In this document: piece after piece, positions 1-15,323 of the stretch
Numbering within the stretch: the stretch's first letter is position 1
Layout: every line of letters begins with the position of its first letter
Sequence record: LC494302.1
Length of the DNA stretch: 64,000 nucleotides
Direction: 5' to 3' (one strand)
Position numbers and translations under genes: made by a program
The notes under the pieces: model-generated
The model's input: the letters and a program-made list of their open reading frames with translations, nothing else
What the model was told of the DNA's origin: nothing
The model's database searches: none

Positions 1-5252
<5,252 letters not shown>

Positions 5253-5263
5253 TTAAAAAATAT

Positions 5264-5291
5264 GGGACAGTATAAAAACCTGTGCTATAAT
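5264..5291 (+). promoter_or_regulatory. class II (middle-like) promoter GGGACA-N16-TATAAT
   Basis: GGGACA 5264-5269, TGTGC-TATAAT 5286-5291; second tandem copy upstream of gp32. Confidence 0.65.
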
Positions 5292-5378
5292 GTAAAACGT
5301 TGAAGGAACAATGAAGTTTCTGAAACATTGAAGCCAATTAACAAATAACAAAGAAACCCAAAATCAAGGAAGATATAT

Positions 5379-6404
5379 ATGAAATCTCTAGCTGAAATTC
5401 GTGCACACCTAAAAGCAGAACAAGAAAAAGCAGAAGCTCAAAAGAATGGTACATTTACTGGCGAGCGTAAAGCTGATTCGTTCTTAGCTTTCTGGAACGT
5501 ACCTTATAACGAACCACTAAACCTACGTTTTCTACCAGATGCAGATGAGTCTAACCCATTCTTCTGGCGTGAACGTGACATGATTAACCTAACTTTCAAT
5601 GGTGTAGTCGGTATGCACACTGATAAAGTTACCGTTCAAGTGCCTTGTAACGAAATGTGGGTTCCTAAATCCTGTCCGGTTCTGAAAGAAGTACGTCAAT
5701 GGTTCCAAAGTGCGAATGAAACAGGGAACGAAGAACTAAAAGCAATGGCTGGTCGTTACTGGAAGAAGAAAACCTATCTAATGCAATGTTTTATTGCTCC
5801 TGATAGCGTTGCAGTAAAAGACGACATTGCACCAGAAAATCCAATTCGTCGTATTCTGGCTAACAAAGATATCTTTGATAAAGTTAAATCCATCCTGCTA
5901 AACCCAGGCATCAAAGAGTCTCCAACTCACTACGTTCAAGGTCGTGATTTTGGTATTGTTAAAACTAAGAATGGTGGTGGTTATAATAGCTACGACATGT
6001 CTCAATTCTCCATGTCTGAGCGTCCACTAAACGAAGAAGAACTAGCAGCAATTGAAAAATATGGCCTATACAATCTAAATGATTTTATGCCAAAACAACC
6101 AACTCCAGAAGAGTTGAAAGCAATTGAAGAAATGTTCGAAGCATCAGTAAATGGTGAAGCATATGATCCAGCACGTTGGGCATTTGCATATCGTCCAGCA
6201 GGTGTACCAAAACCTAACTCTGGAACTGTTACTGAATCAAAACCAACTCCTGCTCCAGTACAACAAGAGTCAGCACCTGCACCAGTAGCACCTACTGCTC
6301 CAGTAACTCCAGTCGCTACCCCAGCAGCAACCACTCCTGAAGCACCAAAAGAACAACTATCTGCATCTGCACTAGTTGCTCGTTTGAAACAACAAGGTAA
6401 GTAA
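5379..6404 (+). CDS. 32: single-stranded DNA-binding protein (T4 gp32-like)
   Basis: LRFLPD motif, Cys-containing core, YDMSQFS, Pro/Ala-rich C-terminal linker; lies directly upstream of uvsX. Confidence 0.85.
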   Translation: MKSLAEIRAHLKAEQEKAEAQKNGTFTGERKADSFLAFWNVPYNEPLNLRFLPDADESNPFFWRERDMINLTFNGVVGMHTDKVTVQVPCNEMWVPKSCPVLKEVRQWFQSANETGNEELKAMAGRYWKKKTYLMQCFIAPDSVAVKDDIAPENPIRRILANKDIFDKVKSILLNPGIKESPTHYVQGRDFGIVKTKNGGGYNSYDMSQFSMSERPLNEEELAAIEKYGLYNLNDFMPKQPTPEELKAIEEMFEASVNGEAYDPARWAFAYRPAGVPKPNSGTVTESKPTPAPVQQESAPAPVAPTAPVTPVATPAATTPEAPKEQLSASALVARLKQQGK

Positions 6405-6422
6405 TAGTTTTTGAAAAGTTAA

Positions 6423-6447
6423 GGGGCAACGGAGTTTGCCCCGTTTT
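6423..6447 (+). terminator. terminator-like hairpin
   Basis: GGGGCAA-6 nt-TTGCCCC then GTTTT. Confidence 0.6.
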
Positions 6448-6473
6448 ATTTCATGAAATTCAAGGAGCGAATT

Positions 6474-7592
6474 ATGAAAATGACAAGTGGTTTTGCGAAC
6501 ATTCTTAAAAACAGTACTGGTAGTGTTAAAAAGAATACTGGTGTTAGTGTTGGTTTTCATGATCCAGATACATGGGTTAGTACTGGTAACTATGCACTAA
6601 ATTATCGCATCAGTGGCTATTTTGACCGTGGTATCCCACTAGGCAAAGTAACGATGTTTGCTGGTGAATCAGGTAGTGGTAAATCTTTTATCGTATCTGG
6701 TAATATTGCACGTGAAGCTCAAAAACAAGGCATCTTTGTTGTTATGATTGACTCAGAGAACGCATTGGATTCAGATTGGCTTCAAGCACTTGGTGTTGAC
6801 ACTTCTGAAGAAAAACTTTTGAAAGTCAATATGGGTATGATTGGTGACGTTGCAAAATTCACCTATGAGTTCATTGAAGGATATCGTAAAGAATACGAAA
6901 ATACACCTAAAGATGAACGTCAAAAAGTATTGTTTATTATTGATTCAATTGGTATGCTAAACACTGAAGTAGCCAATGATCAAATGAAAGCGGGTAACCT
7001 TAAAGGTGACATGGGTCATAAACCCAAACAGCTTAAAGCATATATCACAAACTGTGTAAACTCTATTGGTTCATTGAACATTGGTATGGTTTGCGTTAAC
7101 CACAGTTATGAATCTCAGGACATGTTTAACCCAGATCCTAAAGTTTCAGGTGGTAGTGGTTTGATTTATGCTTCATCTATGGTTATCGCAATGGGTAAAT
7201 TAAAACTTAAAGAAGATGAAGACGGAAATAAAACTTCCGAAGTAAATGGTATTCGTGCTAAATGTAAAGTCATGAAGACTCGTTACAACAAGCCGTTTGA
7301 AGATGTAGAAATTAAAATTCCTTGGGATAAAGGTATGGACCCACGTAGTGGTCTACTAGATATGTTTGAAAAATACGGTCTAATCACTAAATCAGGTAAC
7401 CGTCTATTGTATGTTGATATTGTAACTGGCGAACAGATTCTAAAATATCGCAAAGAGTGGATGCGTAATGAAGATTCATGTCTTGATTTGGTAATGCATC
7501 AATTTAAAAATCATCCTTTGATTGAAGAAGTTAAAGAAGAAGAAAAAGGTGATGAAACTTTTGGTACTGATGTGGATATTAGTGAGGAATAA
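6474..7592 (+). CDS. uvsX: RecA-like recombinase UvsX
   Basis: Walker A GESGSGKS, IDSENA, FIIDSIGML, SGGSG, KTRYNKPF; ATG 6474 follows AAGGAG. Confidence 0.93.
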   Translation: MKMTSGFANILKNSTGSVKKNTGVSVGFHDPDTWVSTGNYALNYRISGYFDRGIPLGKVTMFAGESGSGKSFIVSGNIAREAQKQGIFVVMIDSENALDSDWLQALGVDTSEEKLLKVNMGMIGDVAKFTYEFIEGYRKEYENTPKDERQKVLFIIDSIGMLNTEVANDQMKAGNLKGDMGHKPKQLKAYITNCVNSIGSLNIGMVCVNHSYESQDMFNPDPKVSGGSGLIYASSMVIAMGKLKLKEDEDGNKTSEVNGIRAKCKVMKTRYNKPFEDVEIKIPWDKGMDPRSGLLDMFEKYGLITKSGNRLLYVDIVTGEQILKYRKEWMRNEDSCLDLVMHQFKNHPLIEEVKEEEKGDETFGTDVDISEE

Positions 7593-8053
7593 TGAAACCT
7601 TGGCATTGGATTATCAAAGATGATAAATCTAAAATTATTGAAATGATTGAGTTCTTTAACAAAGAAGTTGAAGAAGCTCGTCGTGAAGTAAAGAAGATTG
7701 GCATCATTGAAAAAATTGCTCAAGAGATTCCTGGCTGGCATGAGACGCGTCTAAGCCAGCTTCAAGAACTTGAAGCAGTATTGGAAATGTTAGAAATTGA
7801 AATGCGTCAGGTACAAGCCGAGAAGTTCAAATACTTTCTCGAAGGATACCGCCGTGCACTATCTTCATCTGACTGTAAAAAATATGTTGAAGGTGATAAA
7901 GATGTTTGTGAGTTAGCAGAACTTATAAACGAGGTATCTTATATAAGAAATACATATTCAAGTATTGTTAAATCCTTAGAGATGAAAGCTTTTCAGTTAA
8001 ACAATATTGTGAGACTACGTGCCGCTGGTATTGAGGATGCACGTTTAGAATAA
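7592..8053 (+). CDS. uvsY: recombination mediator UvsY-like
   Basis: Helical 153-aa protein right after uvsX; KFKYFLEGYRRALS and KAFQLNNIVRLRAAG resemble UvsY. Confidence 0.7.
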   Translation: MKPWHWIIKDDKSKIIEMIEFFNKEVEEARREVKKIGIIEKIAQEIPGWHETRLSQLQELEAVLEMLEIEMRQVQAEKFKYFLEGYRRALSSSDCKKYVEGDKDVCELAELINEVSYIRNTYSSIVKSLEMKAFQLNNIVRLRAAGIEDARLE

Positions 8054-8061
8054 TTATCATT

Positions 8062-8085
8062 AAGGACGCATATCGCGTCCTTTTT
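8062..8085 (+). terminator. rho-independent terminator
   Basis: AAGGACGC-ATATC-GCGTCCTT then TTT. Confidence 0.7.
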
Positions 8086-8100
8086 CTATGCGAGAATAAA

Positions 8101-8919
8101 ATGACAAAATTAAATGAGTTTTTATCAAATGTAGCAGTTCTAGATACTGAAACTACTGGGGTTGAGAGTGAAGATGATATTATTGAATTTAGTATCTCGT
8201 ATCCACATACTTCACATGAAAACATTGATACTATTGATAACTATACATTGAGATACAAACCCTTGAAAGATATCCCACCAGAGGCATCTGCTGTGCACTT
8301 TATCAGTACTGAGGATGTAGCTAATTGTGTTGGGTATAAAGATGATTTAGATAACATTGATGCACTTATGGGATGCCGTAAGTATTTTGTTGGTCATAAT
8401 GTACAATTTGACCGTAGAATGATGGTAGATAACGAATATAAATATCGTAACTCAATTTCACAGTACTTACTTGATGAAAATAAATGGATTTGTACCCTTC
8501 GTCTTGCTAAGAAAATGTTCGCAGAAGATATTGAATTTAAAAACTTAACTCTAAGTTATTTGTGGTATAAGTTTGGATGTTATCGTGATGTTCATCGACC
8601 TGTTAATGCACACGCAGCAAAAGACGATGTGTTCATGTGTTATCAGGTTCTAATCAAATTAGTTGAAATTGCAATCGAACGTGGACATATTGAACCTAAT
8701 GGTGATATTGGTGAGCAAATTGTAACTTTCTGCAACACACCAATGCGTTATCAATTCATGCCATTTGGTAAACACAAAGGTGAGCCAATGAGTACAGTTC
8801 CATTGAATTACATTGAATGGATGATTGCTAATAGTGACATTTTAGATGCAAGTAACCCTAACTGTGATAAAGATTTAGTATATACATTTGAGTACGAATA
8901 TAATACTCGAACTAATTAA
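8101..8919 (+). CDS. DEDDh 3'-5' exonuclease (DnaQ/exonuclease X-like)
   Basis: VLDTETTG, VGHNVQFD, AHAAKDD and a C-terminal MPFGKHKG motif. Confidence 0.88.
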   Translation: MTKLNEFLSNVAVLDTETTGVESEDDIIEFSISYPHTSHENIDTIDNYTLRYKPLKDIPPEASAVHFISTEDVANCVGYKDDLDNIDALMGCRKYFVGHNVQFDRRMMVDNEYKYRNSISQYLLDENKWICTLRLAKKMFAEDIEFKNLTLSYLWYKFGCYRDVHRPVNAHAAKDDVFMCYQVLIKLVEIAIERGHIEPNGDIGEQIVTFCNTPMRYQFMPFGKHKGEPMSTVPLNYIEWMIANSDILDASNPNCDKDLVYTFEYEYNTRTN

Positions 8920-8934
8920 TAAAGGTAATCATGG

Positions 8935-10419
8935 ATGAAAACTTGTAAGTTAACCTTATTGGATGAGGTGAATTGTAAATTTGAGGGACTTGATCCCTCA
9001 ATTAGACAAAAGATGATTCGTGCAACTGAATATGTGTTACCATATGCAAAGTTCACACCCGCAGGACGTATTGGACGTTGGGATGGTAAAGTTCAGTTTA
9101 TGAATTTAGGCGGGACAACTTATTATCATATGTTAGATAAGTTATTGCCTATTCTTGATGAAGCTAAGATTGACATTGAATTAGTAGATCATAGGGTAGA
9201 TTATGGATTTAAATTTGACCCCATTGATGAAGATATTTTTAGTGATGTTGTATTCGGTGCAGGACACCACATGGAAGGTAAATCCATAAAACTACGTGAA
9301 CATCAAGTTAATGCGGTTAATGCATGTTTGGCTAATCCACACGGACTACTATTGGCAGCTACTGGTGCAGGTAAAACTCTCATTACTGCTGCATTGTCAA
9401 AGAAAGTGCAAGAGTATGGACGTTCTGTTATAATAGTACCAAGTACTGACTTAGTACAACAAACATATGATGACTACATTATGTGTGGGTTGGATACTGG
9501 CATGTTCTATGGTTCACAAAAAGATTTTGGTCACCAACATACTATTACGACTTGGCAATCATTTAACTCTCTATGGAAGAAAACCAAGAAAGGTGAAATT
9601 GAATTAACTGAACAAGACGTGAATGATTTTATCGATGGAGTAGTTTGTGTTATCGTTGATGAGTGTCAAGGTGCAGGCGGTGACGCATTAGTTCAAGTAC
9701 TTTCTAAAGTTATGAATAACGTACCATTACGTTGGGGTCTTACTGGAACAATTCCTAAAGATCCGGTAGTTGCCGCGAAAATCAAATGTAATGTTGGTGA
9801 TGTTATATTTAAAATAACTGCAAAGGAATTACAAGATAAACAAATACTAAGTACATGTAATGTGAATTGCATCAAACTAAAAAGTAGTATGAAGTTTGCA
9901 TCATATGCTGAAGAGTTGAAATACTTAGTAACTGACAGAGATAGGATGGCATATGTAGCGTCATTGATATCTGCGTTATCTGAATCAGGAAACACTTTAG
10001 TTTTAGTAGATAGACTTGAAGCAGGTGAGTTGCTATGTGAATTTTTAGGCATTCCCAAATCAGAATTCGTTCGTGGAGAAACTAAAAAGAAAGATCGAGA
10101 ATCATCTTATGGTGAAATTCGTTGGGCTGATAATAAAATACTTATTGCGACATACGGCGTTGCCAGTACTGGTATTAGTATTTCAAGGTTATATAATGTA
10201 GTATTGATTGAGCCAGGAAAAAGTTTTGTAAGAACTATACAGTCAATTGGACGTGGATTACGCCGAGCAGAAGATAAAGACCACGTAGAAATATATGATA
10301 TTAGTGGTTCTAATAAGTATAGTGCCAAGCATTTACGAGAACGTTTAGCTTACTATAAGGAAGCACAATATCCTCATAGTATAATAGATGTTAAAGATTG
10401 GGAAAACACAGCGGGATAA
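8935..10419 (+). CDS. uvsW: SF2 DNA helicase UvsW
   Basis: ATGAGKT, IVDECQ, GLTGT, QSIGRGLR. Confidence 0.92.
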   Translation: MKTCKLTLLDEVNCKFEGLDPSIRQKMIRATEYVLPYAKFTPAGRIGRWDGKVQFMNLGGTTYYHMLDKLLPILDEAKIDIELVDHRVDYGFKFDPIDEDIFSDVVFGAGHHMEGKSIKLREHQVNAVNACLANPHGLLLAATGAGKTLITAALSKKVQEYGRSVIIVPSTDLVQQTYDDYIMCGLDTGMFYGSQKDFGHQHTITTWQSFNSLWKKTKKGEIELTEQDVNDFIDGVVCVIVDECQGAGGDALVQVLSKVMNNVPLRWGLTGTIPKDPVVAAKIKCNVGDVIFKITAKELQDKQILSTCNVNCIKLKSSMKFASYAEELKYLVTDRDRMAYVASLISALSESGNTLVLVDRLEAGELLCEFLGIPKSEFVRGETKKKDRESSYGEIRWADNKILIATYGVASTGISISRLYNVVLIEPGKSFVRTIQSIGRGLRRAEDKDHVEIYDISGSNKYSAKHLRERLAYYKEAQYPHSIIDVKDWENTAG

Positions 10420-10440
10420 ACCCGCTGTTTGTGATATAAT
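10408..10440 (+). promoter_or_regulatory. terminator hairpin overlapping a class II promoter
   Basis: ACAGCGGG-ATAAA-CCCGCTGT hairpin; GGGATA 10413-10418, N16, TGTGA-TATAAT 10435-10440. Confidence 0.55.
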
Positions 10441-10474
10441 GTGTCATATGACAACAACAAGGATGTAAAATAAA

Positions 10475-10903
10475 ATGGAATTGAGATCTAGTATTGCTTT
10501 TATTTGTGACCAAGAAACTTTAGAAGTTATGGATGTATTGTTGAACGATGATGGTATTATGGATGACATGGTATCTTCTCTTGACTATATACCTGAGCTA
10601 GAAACGGATGATACTAACGTATGGAGATGTAATATTGATAGTGATTCTTGGATTAATATCTATGAATTACAGACACGAATTGATTCTAAAGTAGAATCAT
10701 TGAAATATGATATCATCTATGCAAGTACTGACACGAAAACTTTTATTGATGTAGTAAGTCTAAGTGGTAATTTTGATTCATATCTGGATACTGATGTAGA
10801 TAAAATTCAAGAGATGTGTGAAACTTATGGACTTGAATTTTATGGCGTAGAAGACCAAGATGATGAAGAATATTATGATGACGAAGAAGATTCGCAGTAC
10901 TAA
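10475..10903 (+). CDS. acidic hypothetical protein
   Basis: 142-aa D/E-rich ORF with AAGGA SD. Confidence 0.75.
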   Translation: MELRSSIAFICDQETLEVMDVLLNDDGIMDDMVSSLDYIPELETDDTNVWRCNIDSDSWINIYELQTRIDSKVESLKYDIIYASTDTKTFIDVVSLSGNFDSYLDTDVDKIQEMCETYGLEFYGVEDQDDEEYYDDEEDSQY

Positions 10904-10912
10904 GGAGATGAC

Positions 10913-11410
10913 ATGAACGTATTAACACCTGAAAATAATTCTTTTGACATGGATTTAGTAACAGAACATATCCCTGAAGAAATGTATTGTGTTTTGGATC
11001 TAAGCCCAAATGGTGAATCTGATTTTTATTTTAGACATATTCTAAACACCGTATCATTTAATAGTATTAGTGCTGATCTTCAAATTGGTGAAAAGATTAT
11101 TCAAGTGCCTCTAGGATGGCAAATTATGTTAGGTGATGAAGAAACTGGTATGGTTGAGATGTGTACAATTGAAAACATTCTTAACATGAAAGAACCAAAA
11201 GCTTTTGTTTACAATCCTATCCGTTCAATGTATCCTAAGTTTGAACCAGTCAAAGTACTACGTGTATTTGCATTAACTACAAAGTGGCAGATACCAATGT
11301 TACCTAAAAAGAATTTACTATGCGTCCCACTACATAGTGGTGAAAATCCACCATGTGTGTACTTTGCAGATGAAAACGAAAAAATTCAAGATTTGTATCT
11401 AGGAGTATAA
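10913..11410 (+). CDS. conserved hypothetical protein
   Basis: 165-aa ORF with AAGGAG SD. Confidence 0.8.
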   Translation: MNVLTPENNSFDMDLVTEHIPEEMYCVLDLSPNGESDFYFRHILNTVSFNSISADLQIGEKIIQVPLGWQIMLGDEETGMVEMCTIENILNMKEPKAFVYNPIRSMYPKFEPVKVLRVFALTTKWQIPMLPKKNLLCVPLHSGENPPCVYFADENEKIQDLYLGV

Positions 11411-11414
11411 AATA

Positions 11415-12260
11415 GTGTTTGATTTCAGTAATATTAAAAATAAGTCGGTCGATGATGATGAAAAACCAACACAGCATTCTTTTTCTATTGCTGAATTTCT
11501 AAAACACATTGACCGTGCTGATTATAAGTACTATAATGACATGACCGAAAAAGAACGAAAAGAGTTTACTCCATATACTGTTTTGCGATGGGTAAGCTCT
11601 TTAGATGATTCGTTACAAGTAACCTACCCTAGTAGTAAAGTTGAAAGTGTATTTGGAAAATGGAAATCTGGTGGTAAAGAAGCACTGACTGAACTAGTTA
11701 CTGAATTAAAGTCTTCAGGGACAAATGTTTCATCAGTAACTAAGTACTGTCATAGTGATTATGATTGGCGTATTAAATTTGCAGTCCAATCAAAAGATGA
11801 CGCACAAAAATTAATATCCTCAATGGTCGAATTTGGCGTATCAGGTTCCGAAATTGTTTCATTAGTAGATACTGAAGTTGTCAAATACCAACTTATTATG
11901 CTAAATGATATGGTTAATGATGGATTTTGGGATATGAAAGAACATCCAGAATTAGTATATCAGCTTATGTGTTCAGTCCATGATATGATTGGTGGACAAG
12001 AAATGCCACGTAACTGGTTAAACTTTTCTAAGAATTTCAAAAAGGCAAATAACGAATTATTTGAGTTAATTAAAAGCTCACAACCTGATACTATATCTAC
12101 TCAAATGAATGAAGATGAGTACAAAATTGTTCTATTGCAGTATGATAAAAAAACATTTGAGACATTTCTTGACAATAATGGTTTTCAAGATAATGAAAAG
12201 AAATCTATGATGAAATTGTTTAAAGAAGAATGTAAAAAATATGGCAAAGAAATCAAGTAA
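11415..12260 (+). CDS. hypothetical protein, possibly clamp-loader small-subunit (gp62)-like
   Basis: GTG start after AGGAG; helical, with a YYNDMTEKERKEFTPYTVLRW motif. The functional call is tentative. Confidence 0.45.
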   Translation: MFDFSNIKNKSVDDDEKPTQHSFSIAEFLKHIDRADYKYYNDMTEKERKEFTPYTVLRWVSSLDDSLQVTYPSSKVESVFGKWKSGGKEALTELVTELKSSGTNVSSVTKYCHSDYDWRIKFAVQSKDDAQKLISSMVEFGVSGSEIVSLVDTEVVKYQLIMLNDMVNDGFWDMKEHPELVYQLMCSVHDMIGGQEMPRNWLNFSKNFKKANNELFELIKSSQPDTISTQMNEDEYKIVLLQYDKKTFETFLDNNGFQDNEKKSMMKLFKEECKKYGKEIK

Positions 12261-12951
12261 TCAAGTATATACCTGTAGATTTTGTGATCGTGAATTTAAA
12301 CGTGAAGAAACTGTAAACACACATAAATGTATAAAACGTGACCGATACGAAGACCGCCAAAGCCGCCAGATGATGGAGGCTTTTCGTATATATATGCAAT
12401 TTATGGAATTGAATAAGTTCCCATTTAAAAAAGGCGTAGAGCCTTTTATTGCTTTTATAAAGTCAAAGTACTTTAATGATTTTTATAGTTTTGCCGAATA
12501 CTATTTGAATAATAGAGATATTATTAATGTGGACGAGTTTGTAAAGTACTTGATTATCAATAACAAACCAATCACTGAATGGAGTACATATAAAGCAAAA
12601 GATGAATGGATATTAAAAACAATTCGTGCCGAGCACCCAAAAGAAGCAATTGCAAGAAGTGTTATCTCACTGGTTGAATGGGCTGAAAATTTGAATGTAC
12701 AATGGAATACTTTCTTTGAAAATGTAAGTTCTGCCCGTGCAATTGCATGGATTGAGAGTGGTAAAATTTCACCTTGGATTATCTGGCTTGCTCCTAAAAA
12801 AAGTACTAATAAGTTTTTTAAAAAACTATCAAACTCAGAAATTGAATATATACTTAAATACATCGATCCAAGTTATTTTGAAATCAAAACTATAAAATAC
12901 AAAAAGGATTGTGATGAAATTAAGATTATGCTATGTGAGGCAGGATTATGA
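12241..12951 (+). CDS. zinc-finger protein (N-terminal CxxC...HxC)
   Basis: YTCRFCDREFKREETVNTHKC at the N-terminus. Confidence 0.65.
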   Translation: MAKKSSNQVYTCRFCDREFKREETVNTHKCIKRDRYEDRQSRQMMEAFRIYMQFMELNKFPFKKGVEPFIAFIKSKYFNDFYSFAEYYLNNRDIINVDEFVKYLIINNKPITEWSTYKAKDEWILKTIRAEHPKEAIARSVISLVEWAENLNVQWNTFFENVSSARAIAWIESGKISPWIIWLAPKKSTNKFFKKLSNSEIEYILKYIDPSYFEIKTIKYKKDCDEIKIMLCEAGL

Positions 12952-13277
12952 ATGGAAAAAGTATATATAATAAAATACCAGAAGGGTATGTACCTGTACC
13001 TAAAGAACAAAAATCAAAACAAATATCTCTACTTAGACAAGGATCTATTACTGAAATAACTTTAGATGGTAAAACATTTCAAGTTCATGATCCTGCTCGT
13101 ATTGAAAAAATTATTTCTTTGGTAGAAAGACACGAAGAACGCTTTTTCAGTTTAAGTCAAGAATTGGCAAAGACAAAACAAAATTGTAGATTATTAGAGA
13201 ATCAAATATCAACTTTGACTAATACAGTTAAACAGTTACAGGAGCAAATAAAAAATGCAGGATTCGACCGATTCTAA
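12948..13277 (+). CDS. hypothetical coiled-coil protein
   Basis: 109-aa ORF with ATGA overlap and GAGG SD. Confidence 0.7.
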   Translation: MNGKSIYNKIPEGYVPVPKEQKSKQISLLRQGSITEITLDGKTFQVHDPARIEKIISLVERHEERFFSLSQELAKTKQNCRLLENQISTLTNTVKQLQEQIKNAGFDRF

Positions 13278-13893
13278 ACATTATAGAAAAGCCCGAACTG
13301 ATATTGACATTGACTTCAAGGATAGTAAAAGCGTAATCGCTAAACTTCCATGTGTGCGAAGTACTGAAAAAATTACGGAGGATGGTTTAATCCCCCATAA
13401 TAGTGGTGTTCATTTTGATAATATACCTATTGACCCAATCACTGGATTGGCAAGTATACAATATAAAGAAGCTGAAAGGTTAGGGTATCAAAAAGTTGAT
13501 ATTCTTTCACAGTCAGCTTACATGTATGTTCGTGATAGAGAGCATTTAAAAGAACTAATGAATCATGAACCAAATTGGGATCTATTGTTAGAACCCGAAA
13601 TTGTAGAACATCTATCGCAAATTAAAAAACATGTAACTTTATTAAATGTATGGAAGCCTAAATCTATAGACGAACTAGCAATGTTTATTGCAATGATTCG
13701 CCCAGGAAAAAGGCAGTGCCAAAGTATGAACACATGGGACGAAGTTAAAGCCACCATATGGGATTATAGTACTATCGGCACTGACCAAGCAGGAAATAAA
13801 TTACGATATTTCAAAAAGCCACATGCTTACGCATATAGCTTAATGATTGTTGTACAACTAAATGCTTTAGTTGAACATCTTACTTCTTCTTAA
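13255..13893 (+). CDS. miniature DnaE (C-family DNA polymerase) catalytic fragment
   Basis: DIDIDF (DnaE PDIDIDF, D401/D403), HNSGV, KVDIL (D555-equivalent), IAMIRPG, FKKPHAYAY. Confidence 0.85.
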   Translation: MQDSTDSKHYRKARTDIDIDFKDSKSVIAKLPCVRSTEKITEDGLIPHNSGVHFDNIPIDPITGLASIQYKEAERLGYQKVDILSQSAYMYVRDREHLKELMNHEPNWDLLLEPEIVEHLSQIKKHVTLLNVWKPKSIDELAMFIAMIRPGKRQCQSMNTWDEVKATIWDYSTIGTDQAGNKLRYFKKPHAYAYSLMIVVQLNALVEHLTSS

Positions 13894-14233
13894 GAGCCAC
13901 ATTACGACGCTTGATGCGTTTCTGTGGTAAATTGCTTAAAGAAACTACTGGACCACATACGAAATTCACCGACGGTGTATCGAATCTCTGTGTGTACGGT
14001 TCAAATTTCTCCATCTCTTCTTGAAAGAATAGACAAACTGGAATGGTTCTATTACTTTGCCACCACCAATCGTGTGCTATACCTAACAATTCGTCTTGCA
14101 TTGAATCATCCATATCATCGAAACAGTAAAGAGTTGTATACTGTTTGCTTTTGATTTTGATGATACCAACAAACGTTTTACCATCATACTGGATTACAGT
14201 AATGAATGGTGGAATAGTGTTATATTGATTCAT
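13880..14233 (-). CDS. conserved hypothetical protein
   Basis: 117-aa minus-strand ORF filling the gap, with a WWWQSNR motif; minus-strand TAAATA at 14276-14271. Confidence 0.75.
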   Translation of the reverse strand: MNQYNTIPPFITVIQYDGKTFVGIIKIKSKQYTTLYCFDDMDDSMQDELLGIAHDWWWQSNRTIPVCLFFQEEMEKFEPYTQRFDTPSVNFVCGPVVSLSNLPQKRIKRRNVALKKK

Positions 14234-14290
14234 ATTAGTTCCATAAATATTAGTATAAATTTATACCTATTATTTATGGAAGGAAAAACT

Positions 14291-15268
14291 ATGGCTCATC
14301 ACGGCGTGTTTATGTACCCTTATAATCAGGAAGTATCATTGGGCAATTTTAATATGCCATATAGCAATGAAAAACTAACTATATATAGAGGGGCAAATAA
14401 TAATTTATCTTTTACTGTTCACAACGCTGATGGAAAATATACTTTATTGAAAGATAATGAATATCTTACATTTATGATTTTTGATGCACGAAATAATACT
14501 AAACTATTTGATGTTGTATTAGAAAAACAAGAACCCAGTTGGTTATCAGAAAGTGGACAAGCAAGACAAACATTAGGAAATAAAAAGAAAGTATATTATG
14601 GATGTATTGTTCCAGCAGGAGTTATTCAAGATACCAGTCCTGGTTCAAAATATAGATGGAGCATTACTAAAGTAACAATGGATGGTTCACTTATAGAACC
14701 AACACAATATCTATACACAGGGATGAACTTTGAGGCATCAGCAGAGCTAATAATTTCAGACCAAGCAGCACCTGTATTTGTCCCCAGTACTGAAATATCA
14801 GTTAATAAAAATCCAGCATGGACAACTATAAAGCGTTTATATCATGAACCAATTGGAAATGGTATGATTGGTGAATATGATATTCTCGCATCAACTCCAC
14901 TACCAGCACAAATGCAGTTTGGATTAGTAGATGGATTAAGTAGTATTGCAATCTATTTTGATAAATTTATTGGTAGAATACAGCTACAAGGGTGCTTGTG
15001 TAACAACGTGCCTAATGATAATGAAAACTATAAATGGTTTATTATTAAATTAGATGGAAAGGATTATATTGAAAATGGAATTGATTCAGAAGGTTTTCCA
15101 AAAGAACTTGACGGAATACAAGCATTTAATTTTAAAGGAAATTATATGTGGTTACGTTTGGTGGTTGCTATTCATCCCAAAATTGTTCCAGTACCATATG
15201 ACTATGCTGCTGTCCGAAAAGTGTATGACCCTTTCCTAACAGTACCTAAAATTTTGATACGTAGATGA
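14291..15268 (+). CDS. hypothetical late/structural protein
   Basis: ATG 14291 after GGAAGGA SD (the track starts earlier); TAAATA at 14244-14249; beta-rich composition. Confidence 0.65.
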   Translation: MAHHGVFMYPYNQEVSLGNFNMPYSNEKLTIYRGANNNLSFTVHNADGKYTLLKDNEYLTFMIFDARNNTKLFDVVLEKQEPSWLSESGQARQTLGNKKKVYYGCIVPAGVIQDTSPGSKYRWSITKVTMDGSLIEPTQYLYTGMNFEASAELIISDQAAPVFVPSTEISVNKNPAWTTIKRLYHEPIGNGMIGEYDILASTPLPAQMQFGLVDGLSSIAIYFDKFIGRIQLQGCLCNNVPNDNENYKWFIIKLDGKDYIENGIDSEGFPKELDGIQAFNFKGNYMWLRLVVAIHPKIVPVPYDYAAVRKVYDPFLTVPKILIRR

Positions 15269-15294
15269 GACAAAACTAGAAGGTGTGCTATAAT
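15267..15294 (+). promoter_or_regulatory. class II promoter GAGACA-N16-TATAAT
   Basis: GAGACA 15267-15272, TGTGC-TATAAT 15289-15294, upstream of primase. Confidence 0.65.
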
Positions 15295-15323
15295 CATTTG
15301 TAAGAAAAGACAAGGATTAACTT

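Noticed and set aside
6200-6360. CCAG/GCA repeats in the gp32 3' end
   Set aside because: They encode a Pro/Ala/Thr low-complexity linker and do not form a discrete DNA repeat element.
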